From assembly GCA_034440375.1 (NCBI GenBank), contig JAWXBZ010000215.1, forward strand, positions 1 to 37,840: 37,840 bases of DNA, given 5' to 3'. Source of the DNA: Candidatus Eiseniibacteriota bacterium (GTDB taxonomy: Bacteria; Eisenbacteria; RBG-16-71-46; JABDJR01; JAWXBZ01). The notes under the pieces are model-generated. The model was not told the origin of the DNA. It did not search any database and was given only the letters and a program-made list of their open reading frames with translations. Both the position numbers and the translations under genes were made by a program. Within the stretch, counting starts at the first letter, position 1; every line of letters starts with the position of its first letter. Positions 1-7,892 of this stretch are shown piece after piece.

Positions 1-972
1 CCGGGCGCGCCCGGAGGAACTTCCGGCCGGACGGACGACGCGGGAGTGAAGGGTCCAGCGAGGATTGAGCAGAAAATCGGCCAGGAGCCGGCTCCAGGAT
101 TGATGACAGCGGAGCTTGCCGTAGTGCTCATTCGCGATGGCTTTCAAACGCGGCAAACGATTCCACGGGACCGACGGGAAATCGTGGTGCTCATTGTGAT
201 AGCCGACGTTGAACGCCAGTATGTTTCCCCATCCGTAGTATGAAAATGTTTCCTGATCCGCATCGAGCGTGTAGTGCTCCTGGATCCAGCGAGCGCCGAG
301 CGGATGAAGGCCGATGGAGAAGAAGAGCGACAGCAGCAGATAGGAAATGGCACCCCACCCACCCAGGATGGAAATGCCGGTCACATAAACCGCCTGTGCC
401 GCGATGTTGCCGATGACCGCGGCGTTGAAATATTCCGGCGGCGGCGTATGAAACGGGCGAAGCCCCTGGAAGAACGGGAACAGGACAAGCCAGAGCGCCT
501 TCCGCACCGTGTCATTGCCGACCAGTCGGGCTTCGAGGTTGGCAGCCAGGTCAGCGTCCTCGTCGTACTCACCGAGCGCCAGGTGATGACGGCGATGCGA
601 CTTCGTGAAATTGAAGTAGGCCGGGGCGAGGAGCGGCAGGTTCGACAGCATGCCGGCCAGGTGATTATGCCGCCGCTTGCCGAAGATCAGCATATGGCCA
701 GACTCATGGAGCAGGACCCACAGCCCATGATGCATCACCGCGCCAAGGGTCCAGGCCGTGATCAGGACGATCCACCAGGGGACTCCGGTCCGGCCAAAGT
801 AGATCGCCAGCGCCGTCTGAACCACGACGATGACGGCGATCGGCAGGAACGACCAGGGATTGTGCCCGATCAGCTTTCGAATTTCAGGGTGGGCGGCCAG
901 AAGCCGTTTTGAGTTGTCCGGGTGCGTTTGGGGCGTCTCGACATGGAGCCAGTTGCTCGAGGACTTCGTCAC
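1..972 (-). CDS. Membrane fatty-acid desaturase, sphingolipid delta-4 desaturase (DEGS1/DES1)-like; 3' end runs off the window
   Basis: Hand-translated frame of 324 codons with no stop, so it is absent from the ORF track. GTG at 970-972 overlaps the upstream stop (GTGA). N-terminus WLHVETPQTHPDNSKRLLAAHPEIRKLIG; His boxes HESGH (694-708), HRRHH (583-597), HNEHH (184-198); GLHPLGARWIQEHY and QETFSYYGWGNILAFNVGYHNEHHDFPSVPW. Confidence 0.9.
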   Translation of the reverse strand, partial: MTKSSSNWLHVETPQTHPDNSKRLLAAHPEIRKLIGHNPWSFLPIAVIVVVQTALAIYFGRTGVPWWIVLITAWTLGAVMHHGLWVLLHESGHMLIFGKRRHNHLAGMLSNLPLLAPAYFNFTKSHRRHHLALGEYDEDADLAANLEARLVGNDTVRKALWLVLFPFFQGLRPFHTPPPEYFNAAVIGNIAAQAVYVTGISILGGWGAISYLLLSLFFSIGLHPLGARWIQEHYTLDADQETFSYYGWGNILAFNVGYHNEHHDFPSVPWNRLPRLKAIANEHYGKLRCHQSWSRLLADFLLNPRWTLHSRVVRPAGSSSGRAR

Positions 973-1487
973 TTTCCGGCCTCGGTCAATCCCGGAGTCG
1001 GGAAAAGCTGGGCGTGCCACGAGCGCTCGAAGGGAATCTCCCAGTTATCGGCGCGGACGTGTCCGACCGTCGTTACCGTGTTGTTGAAAACGATCGTCCC
1101 GGGGCCAACGTCACCCTGCGCCACCCGTCGGGCAAAAACCTCGCGACTGACCCGCTCGATGCCATTGGTGCCGCGATAGAAAACCGCGCCCCCGTCGATC
1201 AGCGAGCAACCGAGCTGCAATTCGAGTTCCTTGATCCGCCGGGTCAGCGAATCGATCGAGCAGCCCGAAAGTGCCGTGACCTCCTCGTCCGCCCCGACCA
1301 GGAGGAAGCGATCGTGACGCCAGTCACGGGCTGCCACGACATCGGCCTTGTGAGCCTGCCATACACCGAGAAATTCATCGACCGCACCGAGGAGGATATC
1401 CCGCTCGGTGGGAGTGACCGGGCGCGAGGCGCCAAAAACATAGAGCCGAGCCTGGTCCGGCAGTTGATCGAACTGATTCATTCGCAT
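969..1487 (-). CDS. Conserved hypothetical protein with W-x-A-H and SGCSIDS motifs (Bacteroidota-type family; no Walker motifs)
   Basis: 172-aa ORF: LPDQARLYVF, WQAH, SGCSIDS, TIVFNNTV, WEIPFERSWH. Stop overlaps the desaturase start. Alternative start at 1481. Confidence 0.75.
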   Translation of the reverse strand: MRMNQFDQLPDQARLYVFGASRPVTPTERDILLGAVDEFLGVWQAHKADVVAARDWRHDRFLLVGADEEVTALSGCSIDSLTRRIKELELQLGCSLIDGGAVFYRGTNGIERVSREVFARRVAQGDVGPGTIVFNNTVTTVGHVRADNWEIPFERSWHAQLFPTPGLTEAGK

Positions 1488-1587
1488 TGGCTTGTCCTGG
1501 GATGATCCGGATGCCTGGTACCGCCGACCGGATCGTCATCGCCAGGCAAAAAAGGGCGTCACGGTCCGGACAGCGGGCGGCCAAGAA

Positions 1588-1610
1588 TGTTCGTTACTAT
1601 ACTACGAACA
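1588..1610. promoter_or_regulatory. Inverted repeat TGTTCGT-N9-ACGAACA enclosing -10-like hexamers; candidate operator
   Basis: Perfect 7-bp arms. The spacer TACTATACT contains TATACT (+) and TATAGT (-). Lies in a divergent intergenic region. Confidence 0.4.
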
Positions 1611-1712
1611 CGTCGTCTTGTGCCCCTTGGCCGGCACGAAAATGGGGGGCCTGATGACCACCTGGAGTCGGGTCAGGCGGCGCGCGTGCTGACACGGCGC
1701 CGCCTGCCATCC

Positions 1713-1741
1713 TTGACTTGATCGCGTGGACCTTCCATCTT
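1713..1741 (+). promoter_or_regulatory. Candidate sigma-70 promoter for the lipoprotein-rnd-EamA operon
   Basis: TTGACT-N17-CATCTT, just downstream of a GC-rich hairpin at 1674-1706. Confidence 0.35.
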
Positions 1742-1808
1742 CCCCCCGGTTCAGGCGCCGGACGCAACCGGTGGCCGCTCTCAACAGGAAAATTGGGGAT
1801 CAGACGCG

Positions 1809-1967
1809 ATGCGCCGGATGTTAACTCCTACGATTTTGATCGGTCTGGTGAGCCTGATGGCCGGTTGCCAGCCGAACGATGGCCGTGAAACGACCGCATC
1901 AAACGCCGTACCGGCTGTCACGCCACCAGGGAATGAACCACCACCCACGGCCGAGGGCAGCAACTGA
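1809..1967 (+). CDS. Small lipoprotein (52 aa), below the ORF-track cutoff
   Basis: MRRMLTPTILIGLVSLMAGCQPNDGRETTASNAVPAVTPPGNEPPPTAEGSN*: basic n-region, hydrophobic h-region, lipobox MAGC. Its stop overlaps the proposed rnd start. Confidence 0.65.
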   Translation: MRRMLTPTILIGLVSLMAGCQPNDGRETTASNAVPAVTPPGNEPPPTAEGSN

Positions 1968-3175
1968 GCCACTACATCGAGGACCAGGCCGAGCTCGAGC
2001 GCCTCTGTGTTCGGCTGGCGGCGGTGCCGTCGTTCGGCCTGGATCTCGAATTCCAGCGGGAGAGAACCTACTACCCTCGTCTCTGCCTCATCCAGGTTGC
2101 GCTCCCCGGCGGCGCGGCCGATGCCACCTCGGCGGACGGGTTCGCGCGGCTCCTGATCATCGACCCGCAGGTGATCCCCGATCTGGCGCCATTCTGGGCG
2201 CTGGTCGCCGACCGGGCCATCGAAAAAATTCTGCATGCCGGCCGCCAGGACATGGAGATCGCCTGGGGGCATGGCGGCGTCCTGCCGCGAAACATCTTCG
2301 ACACCCAGATTGCCGCGGCCATGATCGGCGCCGGGGATCAACCGGGCTATGCCACGCTGGTCGAGCGATTCAGCGCGGTGCGCCTCTCCAAGCTCGAGAC
2401 CGTCACCGACTGGTCGCGGCGGCCGTTGACGCCGGGGCAGATCGAATACGCGCTCGATGACGTCCGCTATCTCCATGACATGCGGGGTGTCATCGGTCGG
2501 CGCCTCGAGTCCCTGGGGCGGGTCGAATGGGCCGCCGAGGAAATGGCTCACTACGAGGAGGAATCGACCTGGGATCCCGATCTCTCGCGCCTTTTCCTCA
2601 AGCTTCCCCGCGTTCGTTCATTGTCGCGGAAGAGCCTGGTCGTGGCCCGGGAGCTGGCCATCTGGCGTGAAAAGGAGGCCCGTCGCCGGGACGAGCCGCG
2701 CAACCGCGTCGTCTCCGACGAAATCCTGATCGAGATCGCCCGCCGCCTCCCGAGGGCGGCGCCACAACTCGAGATTCTGCGCGGGTTCCACCCCAACGAG
2801 GCACGAAAAGTCGGCCCGGCCATCATCGAGGTGGTGGCACGGGCGCAGACCATTCCGGAAGAGCAGTGGCCGGAGCTTCGGGCCATTCCGGCGGAAGACG
2901 CCGAGCGGGCGCTGGTTGTCGATCTGCTCGAGGTTTTTCTTCGCTCCAGGGCCCGCGAAGAGGAGATTGCCCCTTCGTACCTCGGCGCCAAGGCCGATCT
3001 CTCGGCTCTGGTTGACGAGGCGCGCGGCAAGCGCGATCCCGGGCTCGAGACGCCGCTCCTCCTGACCGGCTGGCGGCGGGCAATGGTCGGCGACGATCTG
3101 GTGCGAATCTGCGAGGGACGCAAAAACGTTCATGTCGATGCCCCCAGCGGCCGCGTCACGACGTCCGATCGGTGA
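1964..3175 (+). CDS. rnd: Ribonuclease D (DEDDy exonuclease with HRDC domain)
   Basis: GLDLEFQRERTYYPRLCLIQVA, KILHAGRQD, FDTQIAA, TDWSRRPLT, YALDDV, LAIWRE, LLTGWR. Start placed at CTG 1964; the ORF-track start is GTG 2024. Confidence 0.92.
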   Translation: MSHYIEDQAELERLCVRLAAVPSFGLDLEFQRERTYYPRLCLIQVALPGGAADATSADGFARLLIIDPQVIPDLAPFWALVADRAIEKILHAGRQDMEIAWGHGGVLPRNIFDTQIAAAMIGAGDQPGYATLVERFSAVRLSKLETVTDWSRRPLTPGQIEYALDDVRYLHDMRGVIGRRLESLGRVEWAAEEMAHYEEESTWDPDLSRLFLKLPRVRSLSRKSLVVARELAIWREKEARRRDEPRNRVVSDEILIEIARRLPRAAPQLEILRGFHPNEARKVGPAIIEVVARAQTIPEEQWPELRAIPAEDAERALVVDLLEVFLRSRAREEEIAPSYLGAKADLSALVDEARGKRDPGLETPLLLTGWRRAMVGDDLVRICEGRKNVHVDAPSGRVTTSDR

Positions 3176-4098
3176 AACCCGGCCCGAGGCTGACCGCAGC
3201 CGTCATCCTCCTGCTCATCCTGATCTGGGGTTCGACCTGGGCGGTCATTCGGGTGGGGCTGGTTGGCATCCCGCCACTTACCGGCGTGGCGCTTCGCTTC
3301 GGTATCGCCAGCCTCCTTCTCTTTTGCATCGGGCTCGCCCGCGGCGTCCGGTTCGGAGCCGGCCGCCACGAGAAAGCTCTCTGGTGGTCGACGACCCTCC
3401 TGTCGTTCTGCGCCTCGTACATCGTCGTTTACTGGGCCGAACAGTATGTTCCCTCCGGCCTGGCAGCGGTCCTCTGGGCCACCTTTCCACTCCTGGTGGC
3501 CATCCTGGCTCATTTCCTGATTCCCGGCGAACGGATCCGCCGGATCACCATCCTGGGGACACTGGTGGGGTTCGCGGGGGTGGGCGTCATCTATTCGGAA
3601 GACTTCTCACTCCTTGGCGGGCCCAAAGTACTCCTTGCCTCGATCGTCTTTCTGATCTCTCCCCTCGTGTCGGCCATCGCCAATGTCATGATCAAGAAAT
3701 GGGGTCAGGGCATTCATCCGATCTCGCTGACGGCCGTGCCGATGGGCATGACATTCGGCATCGTCGGCGCACTGGCGCTGGCGCTGGAACGGGGCCGGCC
3801 GGTGGTCTTCGACGGCGCATCAATCACCGCCCTTCTGTACCTGGCCGTGTTCGGCTCGGCGATCTCGTTCGGCCTGTACTACTGGCTCCTGACCCACTAC
3901 GCGGCCACGCGCCTCTCGATGATCGCCTACGGAACACCGCTGGTGGCCGTCCTGATCGGCACGCTTGTCATGAACGAACCGCTCACGCCGCGACTTCTGC
4001 TGGGAGCCGCGCTGGTCCTGGCCGGGGTCGTTCTCGCGGTTGGAAACTATCGCGGGCGGCGGACAGCGGCACCAGCAACGCCGGCTCGCGGTCGATAG
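3172..4098 (+). CDS. EamA/DMT family transporter
   Basis: IWGSTW motif, about ten hydrophobic helices in two repeats, GTGA overlap with rnd. Confidence 0.9.
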   Translation: MKPGPRLTAAVILLLILIWGSTWAVIRVGLVGIPPLTGVALRFGIASLLLFCIGLARGVRFGAGRHEKALWWSTTLLSFCASYIVVYWAEQYVPSGLAAVLWATFPLLVAILAHFLIPGERIRRITILGTLVGFAGVGVIYSEDFSLLGGPKVLLASIVFLISPLVSAIANVMIKKWGQGIHPISLTAVPMGMTFGIVGALALALERGRPVVFDGASITALLYLAVFGSAISFGLYYWLLTHYAATRLSMIAYGTPLVAVLIGTLVMNEPLTPRLLLGAALVLAGVVLAVGNYRGRRTAAPATPARGR

Positions 4099-4559
4099 CG
4101 GACGCGAACCTCATGGACCTCGTCGGAAGCTAGAAACGGGTTGCGAATGGTGAGTCCGGGGAATCGACGGAAACCTCGGTCCGCCGTCCAGAGTTCGCTG
4201 ACACCATGCTCGATGGCCAACGCGGCGATGTGGGCATCGAAGACCCGGTTACCACGGGCATCACCGCCACGAATCATGGCGAGGAGATGTCGGTCGTGGG
4301 CTGGACCATCACCAAGCATGACCAGGGTTGGTGACTCCAGGAGCGTTGTGAGAGCCAAAAGGGCCGAATTCAAAGAGCTTGGTTTGTGAAAGACATTGGA
4401 ATGAGTGACAACCCTCAGAAACTCATAGACACAGGGCCATGGAATTGCCCAGGGTCGGCCCGCCGTTGCCATGGCTTCCACGAGGCGCCGGGCTTCCATG
4501 TGATGCGGCGATTCGCTCCGGTGGGAGTAGATCAGGATGTTCGTGTCGATGGCTATCAT
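4047..4559 (-). CDS. vapC: VapC-family PIN-domain toxin
   Basis: MIAIDTNILIY, YEFLRVVTH, FDAHIAALAIEHG, WTADRGF; acidic PIN residues retained. Confidence 0.92.
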   Translation of the reverse strand: MIAIDTNILIYSHRSESPHHMEARRLVEAMATAGRPWAIPWPCVYEFLRVVTHSNVFHKPSSLNSALLALTTLLESPTLVMLGDGPAHDRHLLAMIRGGDARGNRVFDAHIAALAIEHGVSELWTADRGFRRFPGLTIRNPFLASDEVHEVRVRYRPRAGVAGAAVRRPR

Positions 4560-4810
4560 TGGCCTTCATCACGAGGATCATCGTCGCCCATCGCGCGCCT
4601 GACCGTCGACCAATCACTCAGATCAATGCCAGGCCGCACGCCCCCACCTTCCGTGTGCCATTCGAATCGGTATGGCGCGGTGCGCGGCCTGGCACCGAGA
4701 TACGCGCGCAGGGCCGACTCGATGACCTCCCGGAGTGGGATCCCCTTTTCCAAGGCGTGCTTCTTGGCCAGCCGGAAGAGTTCGTCATTGATTTCCACCG
4801 TGGTTCTCAT
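4556..4810 (-). CDS. vapB: VapB-type ribbon-helix-helix antitoxin
   Basis: MRTTVEINDELFRLAKKHA...LREVIESALRAYL; ATGA overlap with vapC. Confidence 0.88.
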   Translation of the reverse strand: MRTTVEINDELFRLAKKHALEKGIPLREVIESALRAYLGARPRTAPYRFEWHTEGGGVRPGIDLSDWSTVRRAMGDDDPRDEGQ

Positions 4811-4847
4811 GCATAAAAGCATATTATTGAATGCATGAATATGTCAA
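4809..4847 (-). promoter_or_regulatory. vapBC promoter/operator
   Basis: TTGACA-N18-TATGCT-N7-ATG on the minus strand. Two ATGCAT palindromes (4809-4814, 4831-4836) in an AT-rich patch. Confidence 0.65.
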
Positions 4848-4972
4848 CAAAAGATCTGACCCGTCGATTGAGAAATCCTTTGTGGCCCCTCACCATCACT
4901 TGATCCCCTGCGCCAGCTCCCCCACAATCCCCGGTCTCAATTCGCTGGTGACTCTGTTGAAAGGATTTCGCA

Positions 4973-6652
4973 ATGCCTCCGCAGTACATTTATACGGTGA
5001 AGGACCTGGGAAAGGTTCACCCCCCCAACAAGCAGGTTCTGAAGGGGATCTGGCTCTCCTTCTATTACGGCGCCAAGATCGGCGTCCTCGGCTTGAACGG
5101 CGCCGGCAAGTCGAGTCTCCTTCGGATCATGGCCGGCGAAGACAAGGACTACCTGGGAGAGGCCCGGCTGACCGATGGCTTCACCGTGGGATACCTGCAC
5201 CAGGAGCCGCGGCTCACGCCGGGCAAGACGGTCGTCGAGTGCGTGGAGGAAGGGGTGGCTTCGACCAAGGCCCTGCTCGATCGGTTCAACGACATCTCGG
5301 CCAAGTTCGCCGAGCCGATGGACGACAGCGCGATGGAAAAACTCCTGGCGGAACAGGGAACGCTGCAGGAAAAGATCGATCATCTGAACGCCTGGGAGCT
5401 GGACCGGCAACTCGAGATCGCCATGGACGCGCTCCGCTGCCCGGCGCCGGACACGCTGGTGGATCAACTCTCCGGCGGTGAGCGGCGACGTGTGGCTCTT
5501 TGCCGCCTTCTCCTGCAAAAGCCGGACCTGCTCCTTCTCGACGAACCGACCAATCATCTTGATGCCGAGTCGGTGGCCTGGCTCGAGCATTTCCTGCACG
5601 AGTATCCGGGCACGGTCGTGGCCGTGACCCACGACCGCTACTTCCTCGATAACGTGGCCGGCTGGATTCTCGAACTCGACCGCGGCCAGGGAATCCCGTG
5701 GGAGGGAAACTACAGCTCCTGGCTTGGCCAGAAGCAGATCCGGTTGGCCCAGGAAGAAAAATCCGAATCGGCCCGCCAGAAGACCCTCGGGCGCGAACTG
5801 GAGTGGATCCAGATGTCGCCACGGGCCCGTCAGGCCAAGAGCAAGGCCCGCATCACGGCCTACGAACAGTTGCTGCTGCAGCAGCAGGAGAAGCGGACCG
5901 ACCAGGTGGAAATTTCCATTCCGCCGGGGCCGCGCCTCGGCAACCTGGTCGTCGACGCCGACCATCTGTCCAAGGGGTACGGCGACAACCTGCTGATCGA
6001 CAATCTCGACTTCAAGCTGCCGCCCGGCGGCATCGTCGGAGTCATCGGACCGAACGGCGCCGGCAAGACCACCCTCTTCCGGATGATTACCGGTGGCGAG
6101 ACTGCCGACTCCGGGAGCCTCAGGATCGGCGACACCGTCGTGATGAGTTACGTCGACCAGAGTCGCGACACGCTGGACGGGTCGAAGAACGTCTGGGAGG
6201 AGATTTCCGACGGCAAGGACATCATCCCGATCGGCAAGCGCGAAATTCCCAGCCGCGCGTACGTGGCCGGTTTCAACTTCAAGGGGGCCGACCAGCAGAA
6301 ACGGGTCAAGGATCTGTCCGGCGGCGAGCGAAACCGCGTCCACCTGGCCAAGCTGCTCAAGAGTGGCGGCAACCTGCTCCTGCTCGACGAACCGACGAAC
6401 GACCTCGACGTCGACACGCTTCGGGCACTCGAGGATGCGCTTCTCGATTTCGCCGGCTGCGCCGTGGTCATCAGCCACGACCGCTGGTTCCTGGACCGCA
6501 TCGCCACCCATATCCTGGCCTTCGAGGGGGACAGCAACGTCGTCTGGTTCGAGGGGAACTACCAGGACTACGAGGTCAACCGCCACCAGCGCCTTGGCAG
6601 CGCGGCCGACCAGCCTCACCGGATCAAGTACCGGAAGCTGACGCGAAATTAG
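4973..6652 (+). CDS. ettA: Energy-dependent translational throttle protein EttA (ABC-F)
   Basis: Two ABC domains ([23 protein letters not shown]), ELEWI...ARQAKSKAR linker, C-terminal [10 protein letters not shown]. Confidence 0.96.
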   Translation: MPPQYIYTVKDLGKVHPPNKQVLKGIWLSFYYGAKIGVLGLNGAGKSSLLRIMAGEDKDYLGEARLTDGFTVGYLHQEPRLTPGKTVVECVEEGVASTKALLDRFNDISAKFAEPMDDSAMEKLLAEQGTLQEKIDHLNAWELDRQLEIAMDALRCPAPDTLVDQLSGGERRRVALCRLLLQKPDLLLLDEPTNHLDAESVAWLEHFLHEYPGTVVAVTHDRYFLDNVAGWILELDRGQGIPWEGNYSSWLGQKQIRLAQEEKSESARQKTLGRELEWIQMSPRARQAKSKARITAYEQLLLQQQEKRTDQVEISIPPGPRLGNLVVDADHLSKGYGDNLLIDNLDFKLPPGGIVGVIGPNGAGKTTLFRMITGGETADSGSLRIGDTVVMSYVDQSRDTLDGSKNVWEEISDGKDIIPIGKREIPSRAYVAGFNFKGADQQKRVKDLSGGERNRVHLAKLLKSGGNLLLLDEPTNDLDVDTLRALEDALLDFAGCAVVISHDRWFLDRIATHILAFEGDSNVVWFEGNYQDYEVNRHQRLGSAADQPHRIKYRKLTRN

Positions 6653-6963
6653 TCGACATGCGGGCCTCCCCGGTCATTGGCAGAGGCGGGGGGGGCCGAC
6701 CCGATTGGCTGAGATCAGCCGTTTGGGCCCTAACCACTGTCAGCAATTGAGTTAGCTCACGTCTTGGCTCCCCGTGTGGCCAATAACCGCCAGGCTCGTC
6801 GCCGTTCCCGCCGGACGCGCCGGCGGCAGGATCCTGGCCCGCCAGATTCGCCAAACTCATTCGACCTTCGAATGGATTGTCGCTAAACAAGTTGGGGCGG
6901 AGGCTGGACGGTACGCCGGGAAGAATCCTCCCCTCCTGATTCCTGGCGTTCTGGTGGGCGCCA

Positions 6964-6979
6964 CGGCATGCGGCTTGCA
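6964..6979 (+). promoter_or_regulatory. Sigma-54 -24/-12 promoter
   Basis: CGGCATGCGGCTTGCA fits TGGCACG-N4-TTGCW with exact GG-N10-GC spacing, about 75 nt upstream of ATG 7053. Confidence 0.6.
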
Positions 6980-7052
6980 GTAGTGCTGGTCGGGTTCTGC
7001 CGATCTGCCGGATCAAATGGCCGGGAGCATGCAGAGCCCGAGGAGGAGTCGG

Positions 7053-7820
7053 ATGTTGAAGAACGGTTCGAAGACAGGTCTCGCGATCCTGGTGATCGCG
7101 ACGGTCGGCGGCGCGATGGCGCTCCTGGCCGGCGCCGGTCTGCCGGACCGGTTCGACACCATCTTCTGGGCCTGGTTCGTCTCCTGCCTGGCCGGCGAGG
7201 TGCTCTGGATTCAGACCCCGACGCGCAACGGCACCATCTCGATGGCCCTGGCGATCGACCTGGCAGCACTGATCGCGCTTCACCCCTCGCAATCGTTGGT
7301 GATCGTGGCGGCAAGCGCACTTCTCGCCTCGATCTATCCGCACCGCCGACCGCTGAAACGCGCCCTCTTCAACGCGGCACAATCGACGCTTGCGGCGGGG
7401 GCCGCGCTACTGGTTGTGCGGCTGCTGACTCCGGTCGACAGCACGGTGGCCATCCTCGACCAGTACACCAACTGGCCCGGGCTCTTTGCCGGTGGCATCG
7501 CCTTCTTCGCGGTGAACTCGGGCCTGGTGGCCATGGCCATCGCCCTCGATACCAGTCGTTCGATCTGGATGACCTGGCGCGACAATTTTGGCTACGCCTT
7601 CGAACTGGCCACGACCGCGGCCCAGATTTCGCTGGCGGGCTTCCTGCTCATCGCCTACCAGCAGATGGGGCCGATGGCCGTACTGGCCGTCCTCCCCGTT
7701 CTCGGTGTCCTCTGGTGGAGTTCGGCCCGCGAATCGGCACTGAAGGCAATACGGGTGGACATCGATCGGCCGACGGCTGAGACCGAAGGGCACGAGGACG
7801 ACCTCCGCCGGGCCGGCTGA
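7053..7820 (+). CDS. Integral membrane protein resembling a stand-alone MASE-type (MASE9-like) sensor domain
   Basis: SD GAGGAGGAG. About 7-8 hydrophobic helices; GTISM, RRPLKRALFNAAQ, FFAVNSGLVA. Short charged tail and no output domain. Confidence 0.7.
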   Translation: MLKNGSKTGLAILVIATVGGAMALLAGAGLPDRFDTIFWAWFVSCLAGEVLWIQTPTRNGTISMALAIDLAALIALHPSQSLVIVAASALLASIYPHRRPLKRALFNAAQSTLAAGAALLVVRLLTPVDSTVAILDQYTNWPGLFAGGIAFFAVNSGLVAMAIALDTSRSIWMTWRDNFGYAFELATTAAQISLAGFLLIAYQQMGPMAVLAVLPVLGVLWWSSARESALKAIRVDIDRPTAETEGHEDDLRRAG

Positions 7821-7892
7821 TCGGCCGCTGACTCCCTTCCCACGCATATCGCAAGGGACTCACGCGGGACCCAGGTTCTATAGTCCAGGATC

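Noticed and set aside
274-912. 212-aa plus-strand ORF
   Set aside because: Antisense shadow of the desaturase gene; no motifs.
1588-1610. LexA/SOS box reading of the GTTC/GAAC palindrome
   Set aside because: Spacing (TGTTC-N13-GAACA) fits no LexA motif I know.
4937-6619. 560-aa ORF antisense to ettA
   Set aside because: Codon-register mirror of a conserved gene in high-GC DNA.
6653-6960. tRNA, riboswitch or small peptide gene downstream of ettA
   Set aside because: No cloverleaf, recognisable aptamer or SD-led small ORF; the hairpin near 6663-6697 lacks a U tract.
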